From NCBI GenBank assembly GCA_963803155.1, contig CAWDMN010000059.1:300636-364635 (forward strand): DNA of 64,000 nt, in the 5' to 3' direction. Positions 9,558-19,180 of the stretch are shown in pieces; the first letter of the stretch is position 1; every line of letters begins with the position of its first letter. The notes under the pieces are model-generated. The model was not told the DNA's origin and did not search any database. It saw nothing but the letters and a program-made list of their open reading frames with translations. Made by a program: the position numbers and the translations under genes. This stretch comes from an uncultured Acidobacteriota bacterium. GTDB lineage: Bacteria; Acidobacteriota; Terriglobia; Versatilivoradales; Versatilivoraceae.

Positions 9558-10490
9558 GTGAGCAAGGATAAACCCAAGTCAGTCCTTCTGGTCGTCAGTC
9601 TTCTCATCACCTGCATCACCTGGCCCTTGGCGTACGATCTTTGGTTTTCCCATGTGGAAACGGCTTTTGCCGTGTCGGTCTTTTTCCTCGGTTTGTCACT
9701 CGGACCGTGTCTGGCCGCTTATGCGCTGGTTCCCAAAAGCCGGAAAGGGGAGCTCCGCCGATGGGTGCTGTTTTGTAGCGGACTCAGCATCATAAGCCTT
9801 TCTATATTGGGCTCGATGAACCTGGACCTGGAAGGTTTCTTCATGCTCCTTATGGCGGGCACAATGGGAGCCGCCATCGGTCACACCATGATTACCGTCA
9901 TTGCGGGACCCATGCTTTTTGGCCGCTTTTTGTGCGGGTGGGGCTGTTGGCGCGCCATGATCCTTGAGTTACTGCCCATTGGCCGAAGTCCGGGCCGTCG
10001 TCAAGGTGCCTGGTGCTTTCTGCCAATAGCCGGATTGGGCGCCAGCATCGGGGGTGCGGCACTTTCATTTTATGTGCTGAAGCACCACCCGGGTGGCACT
10101 CCTCAGACAATGCATGGTGGAACTACCCTTCCCATAGCCGTGGGATTCGCGATCTACTATGCGGCTTCAATTAGCCTGGCTTTTCTGGTTAAGGATCAGC
10201 GGGCCTTCTGCAAATATCTTTGTCCAAGCTCTGTAATCTTGCGACAATCCAGCCGGCTTGCGCTCGTCAAAATGTCCGCCAGACCCGGACTCTGCAACGA
10301 TTGTGGGGCCTGTTCCCGAGTTTGTCCCATGGATATTAATGTGGCTCAATTCGTTCAAAGCGGACGCCGTGTGGCATCGGGAGAGTGTATCCTCTGCCAG
10401 CAATGCGCGCACGCCTGCCCAAAAGATGCGCTGCATCTCACCCTTGGATTCGACCTCGCCAGAAAGACTCCGTTTAATGGTTCGACTTGA
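9558..10490 (+). CDS. membrane-bound 4Fe-4S ferredoxin-type protein (NapH/MauN-like)
   Basis: Several TM helices are followed by two cluster motifs, CNDCGACSRVCP and CILCQQCAHACP. Confidence 0.7.
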   Translation: MSKDKPKSVLLVVSLLITCITWPLAYDLWFSHVETAFAVSVFFLGLSLGPCLAAYALVPKSRKGELRRWVLFCSGLSIISLSILGSMNLDLEGFFMLLMAGTMGAAIGHTMITVIAGPMLFGRFLCGWGCWRAMILELLPIGRSPGRRQGAWCFLPIAGLGASIGGAALSFYVLKHHPGGTPQTMHGGTTLPIAVGFAIYYAASISLAFLVKDQRAFCKYLCPSSVILRQSSRLALVKMSARPGLCNDCGACSRVCPMDINVAQFVQSGRRVASGECILCQQCAHACPKDALHLTLGFDLARKTPFNGST

Positions 10491-11334
10491 TTCCCGCGGC
10501 AATCCCAGCCGGGCGATACATGTCCCGCGATTTTAATCCGCACTCTTTGTACATTCGAATGGCGTAATCGAGGTTTCCCGGCTCATTGTCATGCCGGTTG
10601 CTTCCCATGCTGAACCGGCACCCCGCTTTCTGGGCACTCAGGATGAACTCTTTGCTGGGAATGTTGTATTTGGAGTTGAGCTCGATGGCAATGTGATTTT
10701 GGGCCGCCGCCTGGATGACTCTCTGCATCCGCTCTTTGGTCCAAAGCTGTGTGTATTGTGTTTGTAGTGAAATGGGCAAATAAGTGGGATTGCTCCATAT
10801 ATTGATGGGCTGATTCAAAATTTTTACATTGTATTCCACATACCTATCCATGAAATCCTGAGGATCAGGAAAAGTTACCTTTTCTCCCCAAAGCGCGATG
10901 GTGCGGCCATTTCGATCGGGAAACGTCAGGGCATCCGCGGCTACATAGTCCAATTTCGCCAAGACTTGAGGGGAATAACGTTTCTCCCAACCTAGCCCAT
11001 AGACTTGCAATCCCTTGTAAACCGGCTTGCCTTGCAGTTTATTGAGGAATTCCTGCAAGGATTTGTCGTCCTTTAAGCCCCATTTTTCGCCCCCTTCACC
11101 AGTCACTCCCAATTTTATTCCCGCTTTTCCGCTGACTCGAATCGTTTCATCGAGGTTCGATTTATCTTCCCAGTGGTAATGCAAATCCATCCAAGTTATT
11201 CCGATTTCGGACTTTTTGGACGAGGAGCCAGGGGATGCAATATTCAAGTTTGAAAGAAAGGAAACCGTTAGGAATAAGGCCATCAAAGCCAACACTGAAA
11301 ATAGAACTGGCCCCGCCATTCTTTTTTTCTTCAT
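10474..11334 (-). CDS. secreted protein, weak PHP-family metal-dependent phosphoesterase-like
   Basis: It has a signal peptide (MKKKRMAGPVLFSVLALMALFL). The N-terminal DLHYHWED and C-terminal MGSNRHD resemble the PHP DLHxH and GSDxH motifs. The call is tentative. Confidence 0.4.
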   Translation of the reverse strand: MKKKRMAGPVLFSVLALMALFLTVSFLSNLNIASPGSSSKKSEIGITWMDLHYHWEDKSNLDETIRVSGKAGIKLGVTGEGGEKWGLKDDKSLQEFLNKLQGKPVYKGLQVYGLGWEKRYSPQVLAKLDYVAADALTFPDRNGRTIALWGEKVTFPDPQDFMDRYVEYNVKILNQPINIWSNPTYLPISLQTQYTQLWTKERMQRVIQAAAQNHIAIELNSKYNIPSKEFILSAQKAGCRFSMGSNRHDNEPGNLDYAIRMYKECGLKSRDMYRPAGIAAGIKSNH

Positions 11335-11347
11335 ATTACCTCCTAAA

Positions 11348-11425
11348 AAAATCCCCCTTAATAAAGGGGGAATAAATTTTCATCATCTTGTTGTGACAGT
11401 CACGCTGGCATGCGTAGCTCCTCAG
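11348..11425 (-). promoter_or_regulatory. conserved ~78-nt leader element, copy 1 (terminator-like hairpin TCCCCCTT-ATTA-AAGGGGGA plus U-run, immediately 5' of SD AGGAGG and start codon)
   Basis: About 90% identical to 24754-24829, which sits in the same position relative to another minus-strand start codon. It lies between the GH38-like gene stop (11443) and the PHP-like gene start (11334). Confidence 0.5.
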
Positions 11426-11442
11426 AAGCCACGCCGCGAGAT

Positions 11443-13983
11443 CTAATCCAGCTCAAGCGCAAAAGTTCGAAATTGCCAGGGCTTAAAATCGACTGGCGAA
11501 GTGATTTTGCCCTGTGGTTCGCCGGCCAGATTTACTTCCGTAAAAGCTGCTTTGTCTCTATGAACTTGAAACGCCAGCTTCCCTCCCATCCCGTGATGTT
11601 CCCAAAAGCGGACATTAATCTGGCCTTTTTTGACATGGCAAGCCGTCAACAGGATTTGGGACGACTCGCTCGCGAAGATACCCGCCGTGGTTCCCGCCTC
11701 GCCATTACCCGGAGATCCTGCATGCACTGGGCAGGGGAAATTATAATCCAGCGCTAATCGATGAAGACCAGCTTCCCGCCAGGATCCTGAAAAGGGGCAC
11801 AACGCAAACTCATAGCTTAAACTACCATAAAGCATACGGGTCCCCCAGATATAATTCATGGCAAAAGCGAGCGGAAGCGAAAAACCGCCATCCGCCTCCC
11901 GGACCGACCCCATGGCGCCACGATTGAAATACGCCAGACCTGCCGTGCCATCGCCCACGGCTGTCCAATAATTCCCTTCCACATACCGGGCATCCGTTTC
12001 GACAATCGTGAAGGGAAGATCCCTGATCCCAATGGCGGAAGGTGGCAGCAAGGGAAAAGTCTTAAAGCGTAATTTTTCCTCATGAACAAAAGCGGATTTG
12101 TCATCCCGGAGATTCTCGCTTAACTGGCCGATTTTCTCGTTGTTGAACTCAAGGGTGACGCGATAATCCAGACGGGGAGTGTCACCGCACACAGTCAAAT
12201 CCACAACGTAAGGAATCCCCCCGATTTCTCCCTGTTCGCGCGCCACCACCCAGGCGGAGCCCTGAGGAGCAGGCATCAAAGTCCAGTTCCCCGTGGATTC
12301 ACAGACTCTTCCATCTATTCTGCCGGTCAGGATGCCGCTCCGTTTGCCCGATGCAAAGACCTCCTGGCCGGTTTGCCGATTTTTCAGAGAGGCAATCCCC
12401 CCTTGTGGATTCAACCGGAGGAGCCAATGAGGCGATGTAATCTGGAGCTGATGGGGATCGCATTGACAGGATGGAAATCCTGAAGGCTGGCGCTCATCTG
12501 AGGCAAGGACGGAAAAAGTGGCAAAAGAGAAGGGAGGCAGATCCGCCCAGAAGGCCATCCGAGCATCCCCCATCTTTTCCTGGGAAGACCGTTCGGCGGA
12601 AAGAATCAGAGAGGGAATCGTCTCCCCTTCCCTTTGGACCTGCAAGGATTTGGCAGTTCCCCGGGGCAAGGGCAAAGGGGTTTTCAACCATTGCCGACGC
12701 GGCCAGCAGTTCGGGTTCAAGACGGTGATCTGAGCCACTCCATCGGCCTTCAACCGGGAAGCCATGTACTCCATCGACCTTCGTTGAACCTCATGGGACC
12801 GTTCCATCGAGGCCGCCAAAAACTGCCGGGCCTCCCGGAGCAGCCCACAAATCTGGATATCGTGATGTTGAGCCACCAGCAAGTTTTTCCAGGCCTGATC
12901 CAGCGGAGCCTCGCGGCTCTCGCAGCCATGCCAGCACGCTAGCGCATCCATCCGTTCGGCCGTCAAAACAGCTACTTCGGCTTCGCGGCTCCGGTTCCAG
13001 ATTTCGTTCCCACAATACCCCCAGGGCATCCGCACTTTAAAATCGTCGGGAGCCGTCTTCATTTCTTCGGCCGGCTGAGGGAAACGCGATCGCAATTCCT
13101 CCAGCAAAATCCACCGATATCCGGGTTTCCCTTCGATTTCCCGCACCAACTCCTCCCGCCGCAAGCCGGAGTCGTCCGCTCGGCTGGCCAGCAGGGGCTG
13201 GATACGCGCGAATTTCCGCTTGAAATCAGCGGGAGATTCCTGGCACTCCTGGCTGGGATAACGCGTCAAGATCCAATTGTCGATGGGGGTCTTGCCAAAT
13301 TCCGCCCCTTCGCCTTTGTAGGTGGGGACTGTGGCAATTTTCGATCCATCGGCGCCCACCCACCACCCGATGGGCAGATCGAAGGCCGGATTATACCCAT
13401 ACATCATGTAATGGGTCCGCATGATCGCCCCCTGGAATTTGAATCCATTCAGAATCTGGGGGATCTGACTATGCATGGCATGCTCACTCATCAAATAGAT
13501 CGGCGGAGCAGTGGAAAAATAACGGCGGTCTGCCTCCAGGGCATAAGCGATCTGGCGGATATTGGACTCTTCATTGATGAACTGGGCCAACGGCTGTCCA
13601 TAAGTGCAGGTTCCAATCCCGAAACGACCAGGAAATTGTTTAAGATAACCTCGGAGTTGCTCCAATATTTCGGGGGCGACGCGAGCTAACTCATCATAAG
13701 TCCAAGCTTCATTATCCAGTCCGATTTTGAAACTGGGATACCGCTTCAACCATTCGATGGCACTGTTCAGATACTGGAGAAAATGCTCTCTTCCCCAAAG
13801 CACCAGCCCGCCGTGATCATAGGTGAGGAGGTAGAGAGCTCTTTCATTGGAGGAAGGAGAAGGATTTTGCGGAACGTTATCTTCAGCCCGCAGCTTCGAA
13901 TTTAGATGGCTGGAGGGATTTGCCATCCCCTCCCATGAAGTTGCCGTTATCCCCATCCAAGCTAAAAACCTGCGCCGATCCAT
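11443..13983 (-). CDS. TAT-secreted glycoside hydrolase, GH38 (alpha-mannosidase)-like
   Basis: Twin-arginine signal MDRRRFLAWMGITA. The N-terminal 300 aa have the layout and conserved acidic/His positions of the GH38 N-domain. The family assignment is by recollection, not by search. Confidence 0.5.
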   Translation of the reverse strand: MDRRRFLAWMGITATSWEGMANPSSHLNSKLRAEDNVPQNPSPSSNERALYLLTYDHGGLVLWGREHFLQYLNSAIEWLKRYPSFKIGLDNEAWTYDELARVAPEILEQLRGYLKQFPGRFGIGTCTYGQPLAQFINEESNIRQIAYALEADRRYFSTAPPIYLMSEHAMHSQIPQILNGFKFQGAIMRTHYMMYGYNPAFDLPIGWWVGADGSKIATVPTYKGEGAEFGKTPIDNWILTRYPSQECQESPADFKRKFARIQPLLASRADDSGLRREELVREIEGKPGYRWILLEELRSRFPQPAEEMKTAPDDFKVRMPWGYCGNEIWNRSREAEVAVLTAERMDALACWHGCESREAPLDQAWKNLLVAQHHDIQICGLLREARQFLAASMERSHEVQRRSMEYMASRLKADGVAQITVLNPNCWPRRQWLKTPLPLPRGTAKSLQVQREGETIPSLILSAERSSQEKMGDARMAFWADLPPFSFATFSVLASDERQPSGFPSCQCDPHQLQITSPHWLLRLNPQGGIASLKNRQTGQEVFASGKRSGILTGRIDGRVCESTGNWTLMPAPQGSAWVVAREQGEIGGIPYVVDLTVCGDTPRLDYRVTLEFNNEKIGQLSENLRDDKSAFVHEEKLRFKTFPLLPPSAIGIRDLPFTIVETDARYVEGNYWTAVGDGTAGLAYFNRGAMGSVREADGGFSLPLAFAMNYIWGTRMLYGSLSYEFALCPFSGSWREAGLHRLALDYNFPCPVHAGSPGNGEAGTTAGIFASESSQILLTACHVKKGQINVRFWEHHGMGGKLAFQVHRDKAAFTEVNLAGEPQGKITSPVDFKPWQFRTFALELD

Positions 13984-14282
13984 AATTCCTCCTACTAATA
14001 TAGCGTTGATGGAGACGGGGCGCCTCCACCTCGTCTGGGTTTGGCCAAACGTACTTTAACGGCCTGAGGGCAGGTTGTCTCCATCCGCTATTCTCATCCC
14101 CTTGTTGTGCAGCGCCGCCGCGGATGCAGTCCCCCAGAAAATCTCCATCGTCTGGTGATTACTGGCAGGATGCTTTCGGCGAACCCTTCCTACCGCGGGC
14201 ACTTGTGATCGCCGTTGCACTCGCACATTCCCCCTTTGCTCTATTCATCATCTGGATCTGGGCAGCGCGGCACTCCAACCGG

Positions 14283-16010
14283 CTATTGCGTCCGAATTCG
14301 GCGAGTCGCATTATCTCTTTTATACTTCTGCCGATCCGGCGAGACCGGCTCTATAAATCCCGCCAAAGCATAAATCAATGCGGCATTCCAGTTAATGGCA
14401 ATTTCATTGGTTTGATAACTGTCCTGAATGTCAATCCAGCTGACCGCTCCTCGTCCCGCCGTATCTGACCAACCCCCACCCACCAGATATCCGGGCCAGG
14501 GATCGACAACTGAGTCGCCCCCGGAACGCCGGTCATGAGGATGCATGGGAGGATCCAGTCCCAATCCGGTAACAAAAGAGCGATTGTAATAATTTCTTCC
14601 GAACAGGTGCCCCAGCGCATCCAGCGCGGTGTTCGAGTAATCGGGATTCGGCACCAGCCGGTTGGCGAGTTGCAGAACCACGGTTTGGCGAGCTACACCG
14701 CCATTGCATCCCCAATAATAAGAAGTGCCCAAAGGCCGTCCGTAACCGTGGGCATTTCGCTGTGCCACAATGGAATTGGCGGCTGAAAGAAGGGCCTCCT
14801 GCACACTCTGCCGCAGAGCTGGATTTTTGCCGCTCCGGCTGGAAAGCAGATAGGTGAACATCCCCAAGTTCTTGACGTTCCACCAATCCCAATCAATATC
14901 GATTTTGGGAGACTGAACATTAGCACGAGCTTCGAAATCACTCAAAAAAGCAGACTCGCCCGTGGTTTCCCACATTTCCGCAGCCGCCCACAGACGGTCA
15001 TCAGGATCGGTGGTTTCATAACCCCCGGTAGAAAAACCCGTCTGATCGGCATTGTGATTGGACTGGATGGCGGCTAAAAATTCATAGCTTTTCCGAGCCG
15101 CTTCCAGACAACGGTTGGCATAGGCAGAGTCGTAAGGTTGATAAATGCGGGCAGCCATGGCTGCCATGGCCACAAAGTCCGCGGTCGCCGCGCTGCTCCA
15201 GGGAACAAAGAAGCGGTCAGCCGTTTCCTTCTCAGGCAGGACAAAACCGCCAAAATTCAAGGTGCTGACCTTATGATAGACCGAGCCATCAGTAGCCTGC
15301 ATCGTGAGGAGCCAGTCCACCTCCCACTTCATTTCATTCAGGAAATCCGGCAAGCCATTCCCGGATTCCGGCAAATCCAGTGATATCTGCCGAAGCTTCG
15401 CCTGATATTGCTCCCAAGCCATGAACATCACCCCAACGGTCACCCCCGCATTTACTACATATTTGTTGTAATCTCCGGCATCATGCCAACCTTGTGTGCC
15501 GGTCTGTTTAATGTGGCTGTGCTCCACATAATCCAAATAAGCATCATTCATGTGGCAAGCTTCATGGGCATAAGTGTTGCCGTTATGCGTACCGGAGACT
15601 GCCGTCCCGCAACGCCAGAGGTACATTCCGCGCATGACGGTGTAATAAGGAAGATTATAAAGAGTCCGGCTGATTTGAAATGAAGTGGACCGGCCGACTC
15701 CGGGGACTTCCAAAAAAAACTGTCCTGAGTCCCGCGCCTCCGAGAAATCAGCCAGATAAATAGATTCAGCGGTATCGGCGTTTTGTACAGGTCCAGTGAC
15801 TGTCCCGCTGAAGACCGTGGAATTGTCAGAAACTCGAACAAGATTAAATTGTGCGCAGGAAGCTGCAATTGAGGCTCGCTTGACCTGCCAGGGAAGAAAG
15901 CCTAACGAGTTCAAACGGATTTGAGCATCCGAGGCATGCAGGACCGTCACGCCCCAAATTCCTAGCAACATAAAGAAAATCCCATGACGGTTTGTTCCTT
16001 TTGAAATCAT
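14283..16010 (-). CDS. glycoside hydrolase family 9 endoglucanase with N-terminal Ig-like (CelD_N) domain
   Basis: The GH9 signature GWHDAGDYNKYVVNAG is present, together with the catalytic region near the C-terminus. It has a signal peptide. Confidence 0.85.
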   Translation of the reverse strand: MISKGTNRHGIFFMLLGIWGVTVLHASDAQIRLNSLGFLPWQVKRASIAASCAQFNLVRVSDNSTVFSGTVTGPVQNADTAESIYLADFSEARDSGQFFLEVPGVGRSTSFQISRTLYNLPYYTVMRGMYLWRCGTAVSGTHNGNTYAHEACHMNDAYLDYVEHSHIKQTGTQGWHDAGDYNKYVVNAGVTVGVMFMAWEQYQAKLRQISLDLPESGNGLPDFLNEMKWEVDWLLTMQATDGSVYHKVSTLNFGGFVLPEKETADRFFVPWSSAATADFVAMAAMAARIYQPYDSAYANRCLEAARKSYEFLAAIQSNHNADQTGFSTGGYETTDPDDRLWAAAEMWETTGESAFLSDFEARANVQSPKIDIDWDWWNVKNLGMFTYLLSSRSGKNPALRQSVQEALLSAANSIVAQRNAHGYGRPLGTSYYWGCNGGVARQTVVLQLANRLVPNPDYSNTALDALGHLFGRNYYNRSFVTGLGLDPPMHPHDRRSGGDSVVDPWPGYLVGGGWSDTAGRGAVSWIDIQDSYQTNEIAINWNAALIYALAGFIEPVSPDRQKYKRDNATRRIRTQ

Positions 16011-16320
16011 GGTTCCCCCTTCTTCCCAAAACCACTAATCCAGCAAGCTCCCATCAAAGACATGGTACTTCCGGATTAGCTGCTCAATTGGAGCCATCTT
16101 AGCATAAGGGTGTTGCGGCTCCAATCCCCGGCAAATTCCAGCACGACTACGTCGCGGACCATGGGATTTTATGCAGGTGCATTCCGAAACTCAACTGAGA
16201 ATCGCCGGTTCTTTTAGTTCCTCCTCCTCGATCCGAATCTCCTTCCCCCAAAAAAAGTTGTATCTTTTAGACGAAAACCAGGACAAGAATCGTTTCTAAG
16301 GGTGACAATCGATTGTTGTT

Positions 16321-16866
16321 TTGGTCAATGGAGAGGGTCGAATGCTCGAAGACTGGCGACTGATTCAGCGCTTCAACCGCGGCGATCGCGAGGCTTTTCG
16401 CTCAATTTATGAGAAATATCGCGCTGACCTGCTGCGGGTAGCCCGCGTGTTGCTTTGCGATCCGGCCGGGATGGAAGATGCGGTACACGACGTTATGTTG
16501 AATTTCGCATCGCAAGCCGGTCGATTTCGGCTAATTGGCAGTCTGAAGGGTTATCTGGCAATTTGCGTGGCCAATCGGTCGCGAGATATGAACCGGATGA
16601 GGGAGCGCCAACAGGCTCGTCAGGTAGAGTTCCAGGAAGAAACAGTCCCGCATTCCAGGGATGGGATAGATGATCCTGAAGCGACCGGCCGGATTGCGGC
16701 AGCCTTGAACCAGCTTCCGCTAGAGCAGAGCGAAATCATTGTCTTGCACTTGCAGCAGTCTCTTCGATTCAGGGACATCGCCCGGCAAAAGCAGACTTCA
16801 ATCAATACTATTATGAGCCGCTATCGGTACGGACTGGAAAAACTCCGAGTCCTGCTTGGAGATTAA
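16321..16866 (+). CDS. ECF-type RNA polymerase sigma-70 factor
   Basis: Region 2 (RVARVLLCDPAGMEDAVHDVMLNF) and a region 4 HTH (LRFRDIARQKQTSINTIMSRYRYGLEKLR). About 175 aa. The start may be the ATG at 16342. Confidence 0.85.
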   Translation: MVNGEGRMLEDWRLIQRFNRGDREAFRSIYEKYRADLLRVARVLLCDPAGMEDAVHDVMLNFASQAGRFRLIGSLKGYLAICVANRSRDMNRMRERQQARQVEFQEETVPHSRDGIDDPEATGRIAAALNQLPLEQSEIIVLHLQQSLRFRDIARQKQTSINTIMSRYRYGLEKLRVLLGD

Positions 16867-16868
16867 AC

Positions 16869-18134
16869 ATGATCAATTTGAATAATCGAAAATTAGAACG
16901 GACAATTTCCGCTTATCTCATGAATATTCCGATCAAGGACACCCCAGAAGCCAGAGATCACCTGCTCACACAGGGTTGGAACGCCATGGAAGAATCCCTT
17001 CATTCGCTTCACCGACCCTTGCAGGGTCGCAGGGAGAAATCCTTGAATTGGCATATGGGCAAGATGGCAGCCATCGGGGCGCTTCTGGCTATCATCATCA
17101 TTGTCACCCTGCCCCACTGGCTGTCCAAACCCACTTGGGCCGTTGAACAGTCCATTCAGGCAATCCAGGATTTTCATGGACTGTATATCGAAGGGGCGTT
17201 TTTGAATGAAAGGGGAGAGTTGCAGGACTGTGAAATGTGGATCCGGGCCAGCCGGACCGGCCGCCAATCAAAGAATTTGCTGATGAAAACGAGTTCCGGC
17301 ACTATCTGTTGGACTGCCAAAGCTAAGACTTATTATTACATTCCCACTCAGGAGACAGTGTTTTATGAACAAGCTGTAACCGCGGGCATGACTCCATGGC
17401 CCGGACCGTATCTGCTGGAAACGCTGAGCAAAGCGGACAACGCCCAGATCAGCCACACTGTCGATCCCACCACGGGACGCAAAAGCGTCAATCTTTCGGG
17501 CAACATTATAGACGTCAAAGGCCCCCAGGCTTGGATTTTCAACTTCGATCTGGAAACCAAAAAACCAACCAGCTTTAAAACCTGGAATAATTTTGCCCGC
17601 TCCGGCCCCCCCTCTTTTTGGGCCAGGCAGATTACCTATTCACGAGAATTGTCCGATACCCAGATGACTCCCACCTTGCCGGAAGGAGTCAAATACGTGG
17701 AAAAAGAGCCCATTATTCAGAACCAAAACATGGCGCTATTGGCCAGCCCTCGATTCGGCATTCAGATGGAAGGGAGGACTACCCAGGAAGCCGCAGCCGA
17801 AATCCTGCATCGAGTCTACACGGCAATTATGCGCGGAGACATTGCCCAAGTGAGACAGCTCTGCCCTCTGACGGAATTATGGAACGATGAGTTCCTGCGA
17901 GCAGCTTTGATGAGACGCAGTCCAAATGACCACATTCAGGAAGTAACCAGCATCGGCCCTATACAACAAGAAGGCCATTCCGAAATTGGCCTTTTCGTAA
18001 TAATTCCCGTCACAATGAAGCGGCAGGATCAATCACGCTGGAAAGACCTGATGATCGTGCAATTCCGGGGAGACCCGCTGCCTCAATCCTGCGTCGTTTA
18101 TGGCCCTTATGGATTGCCCATGGAACTAGAGTAA
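16869..18134 (+). CDS. anti-sigma factor-like single-pass membrane protein
   Basis: It starts 3 nt after the sigma factor stop. There is one TM helix (MAAIGALLAIIIIVTL) about 70 aa from the N-terminus and a large extracytoplasmic domain. Confidence 0.5.
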   Translation: MINLNNRKLERTISAYLMNIPIKDTPEARDHLLTQGWNAMEESLHSLHRPLQGRREKSLNWHMGKMAAIGALLAIIIIVTLPHWLSKPTWAVEQSIQAIQDFHGLYIEGAFLNERGELQDCEMWIRASRTGRQSKNLLMKTSSGTICWTAKAKTYYYIPTQETVFYEQAVTAGMTPWPGPYLLETLSKADNAQISHTVDPTTGRKSVNLSGNIIDVKGPQAWIFNFDLETKKPTSFKTWNNFARSGPPSFWARQITYSRELSDTQMTPTLPEGVKYVEKEPIIQNQNMALLASPRFGIQMEGRTTQEAAAEILHRVYTAIMRGDIAQVRQLCPLTELWNDEFLRAALMRRSPNDHIQEVTSIGPIQQEGHSEIGLFVIIPVTMKRQDQSRWKDLMIVQFRGDPLPQSCVVYGPYGLPMELE

Positions 18135-18478
18135 TATATGCGGCAGTTTTATTGCCGAGAAAATAACCGTGAAAAGATAGAAAATCGAGCGTATAGGATT
18201 TTCTTTCTACCAGCTCATCGTGCCGCGCAGTTCACTCCTGCTGCTCAGAACTCATTCCATATTAGGATGGCCACCCAAACCGGTAGGAGCATCCGCATCC
18301 AGCTCGAATTCGTATTTCCAGCTGGCGGAAGGTAGTCCATCTCCTTTCACTCTGTCGCTGAGGTAGACTGCAGCGGAATCATAGAATCTCACGAACCGTC
18401 AAATCATGCCCAATCTCAATTTCTGGGTGTAATTCAACGTGAAACAGGGTTGAAGGTGTGTCAAGGGATGGAATGCAC

Positions 18479-18574
18479 GGGAGGGCGAGCCTCCCGCTTA
18501 GGCGGACTCCGCCTGGCGAGCTGCTCCAGGTCCACGGATTAGCTCTGACGGCTCGGTGGGAGCCTCGCCCTCCC
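18479..18574. repeat. REP-like GC-rich palindromic repeat doublet (family R4): gggagggcgagcctccc at 18479-18495 and gggagcctcgccctccc at 18558-18574, in inverted orientation
   Basis: The same 17-mer recurs at 34554-34570 and, slightly degenerate, at 35562-35617. Confidence 0.6.
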
Positions 18575-19180
18575 CGTCACCCCTTGGTTATTGAGCTAAT
18601 CCTGTACCTATCTCACCTGTCGCACTTTGAATTGCACCCTCAAGTTCCAATTGAAAGTCAGAGATTAATCCTGGTCCTGCAATTCCATAAACTTTCCCAG
18701 TGGCGTCCGAAAGTGACAAAAAACTTTTGACCCCAAAAATTGCGAGTTCAAATTTGCACGTTAGAATCATATTTAAATAATCCTGGTTTTTTTGTTTGGA
18801 GCCCAATCGCGAAAGAATGACAAGAGATTTCCGATGAGATGTTTTGTTCTGCACAGGATAGGCCATCGATCAAATTCAATTGCATTCGAGACAACTTGCG
18901 GAGGATTCGAAGTTGGTCGTGGTTTGTGATTCACCTAATTTAAATATTTGGGCGGCATTTTCCAAGTTCTCCTTCACCTTGGAGTGTCTTGCGTGTGAAA
19001 CTCAAGGAACTATGAATAAGGAGGCTTTACTCATCTCTGCGAGCAGGACCGGCATTATATTTTATTTCTCCTCATGACTATTCTTCCTGGATTCCGCGCG
19101 GTCTCATGACCTGTCTCTCACATTGGTAAAATTTTACGGCAAAAACCTTTGAGTATTGATTCCACAAAGGAGAAAAGAAG

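Noticed and set aside
11383-11420. Sigma-54-like TGGCAT...GC box inside the conserved leader (plus strand)
   Set aside because: The GG-to-GC spacing is 8 nt instead of 10, and it points away from both flanking genes.
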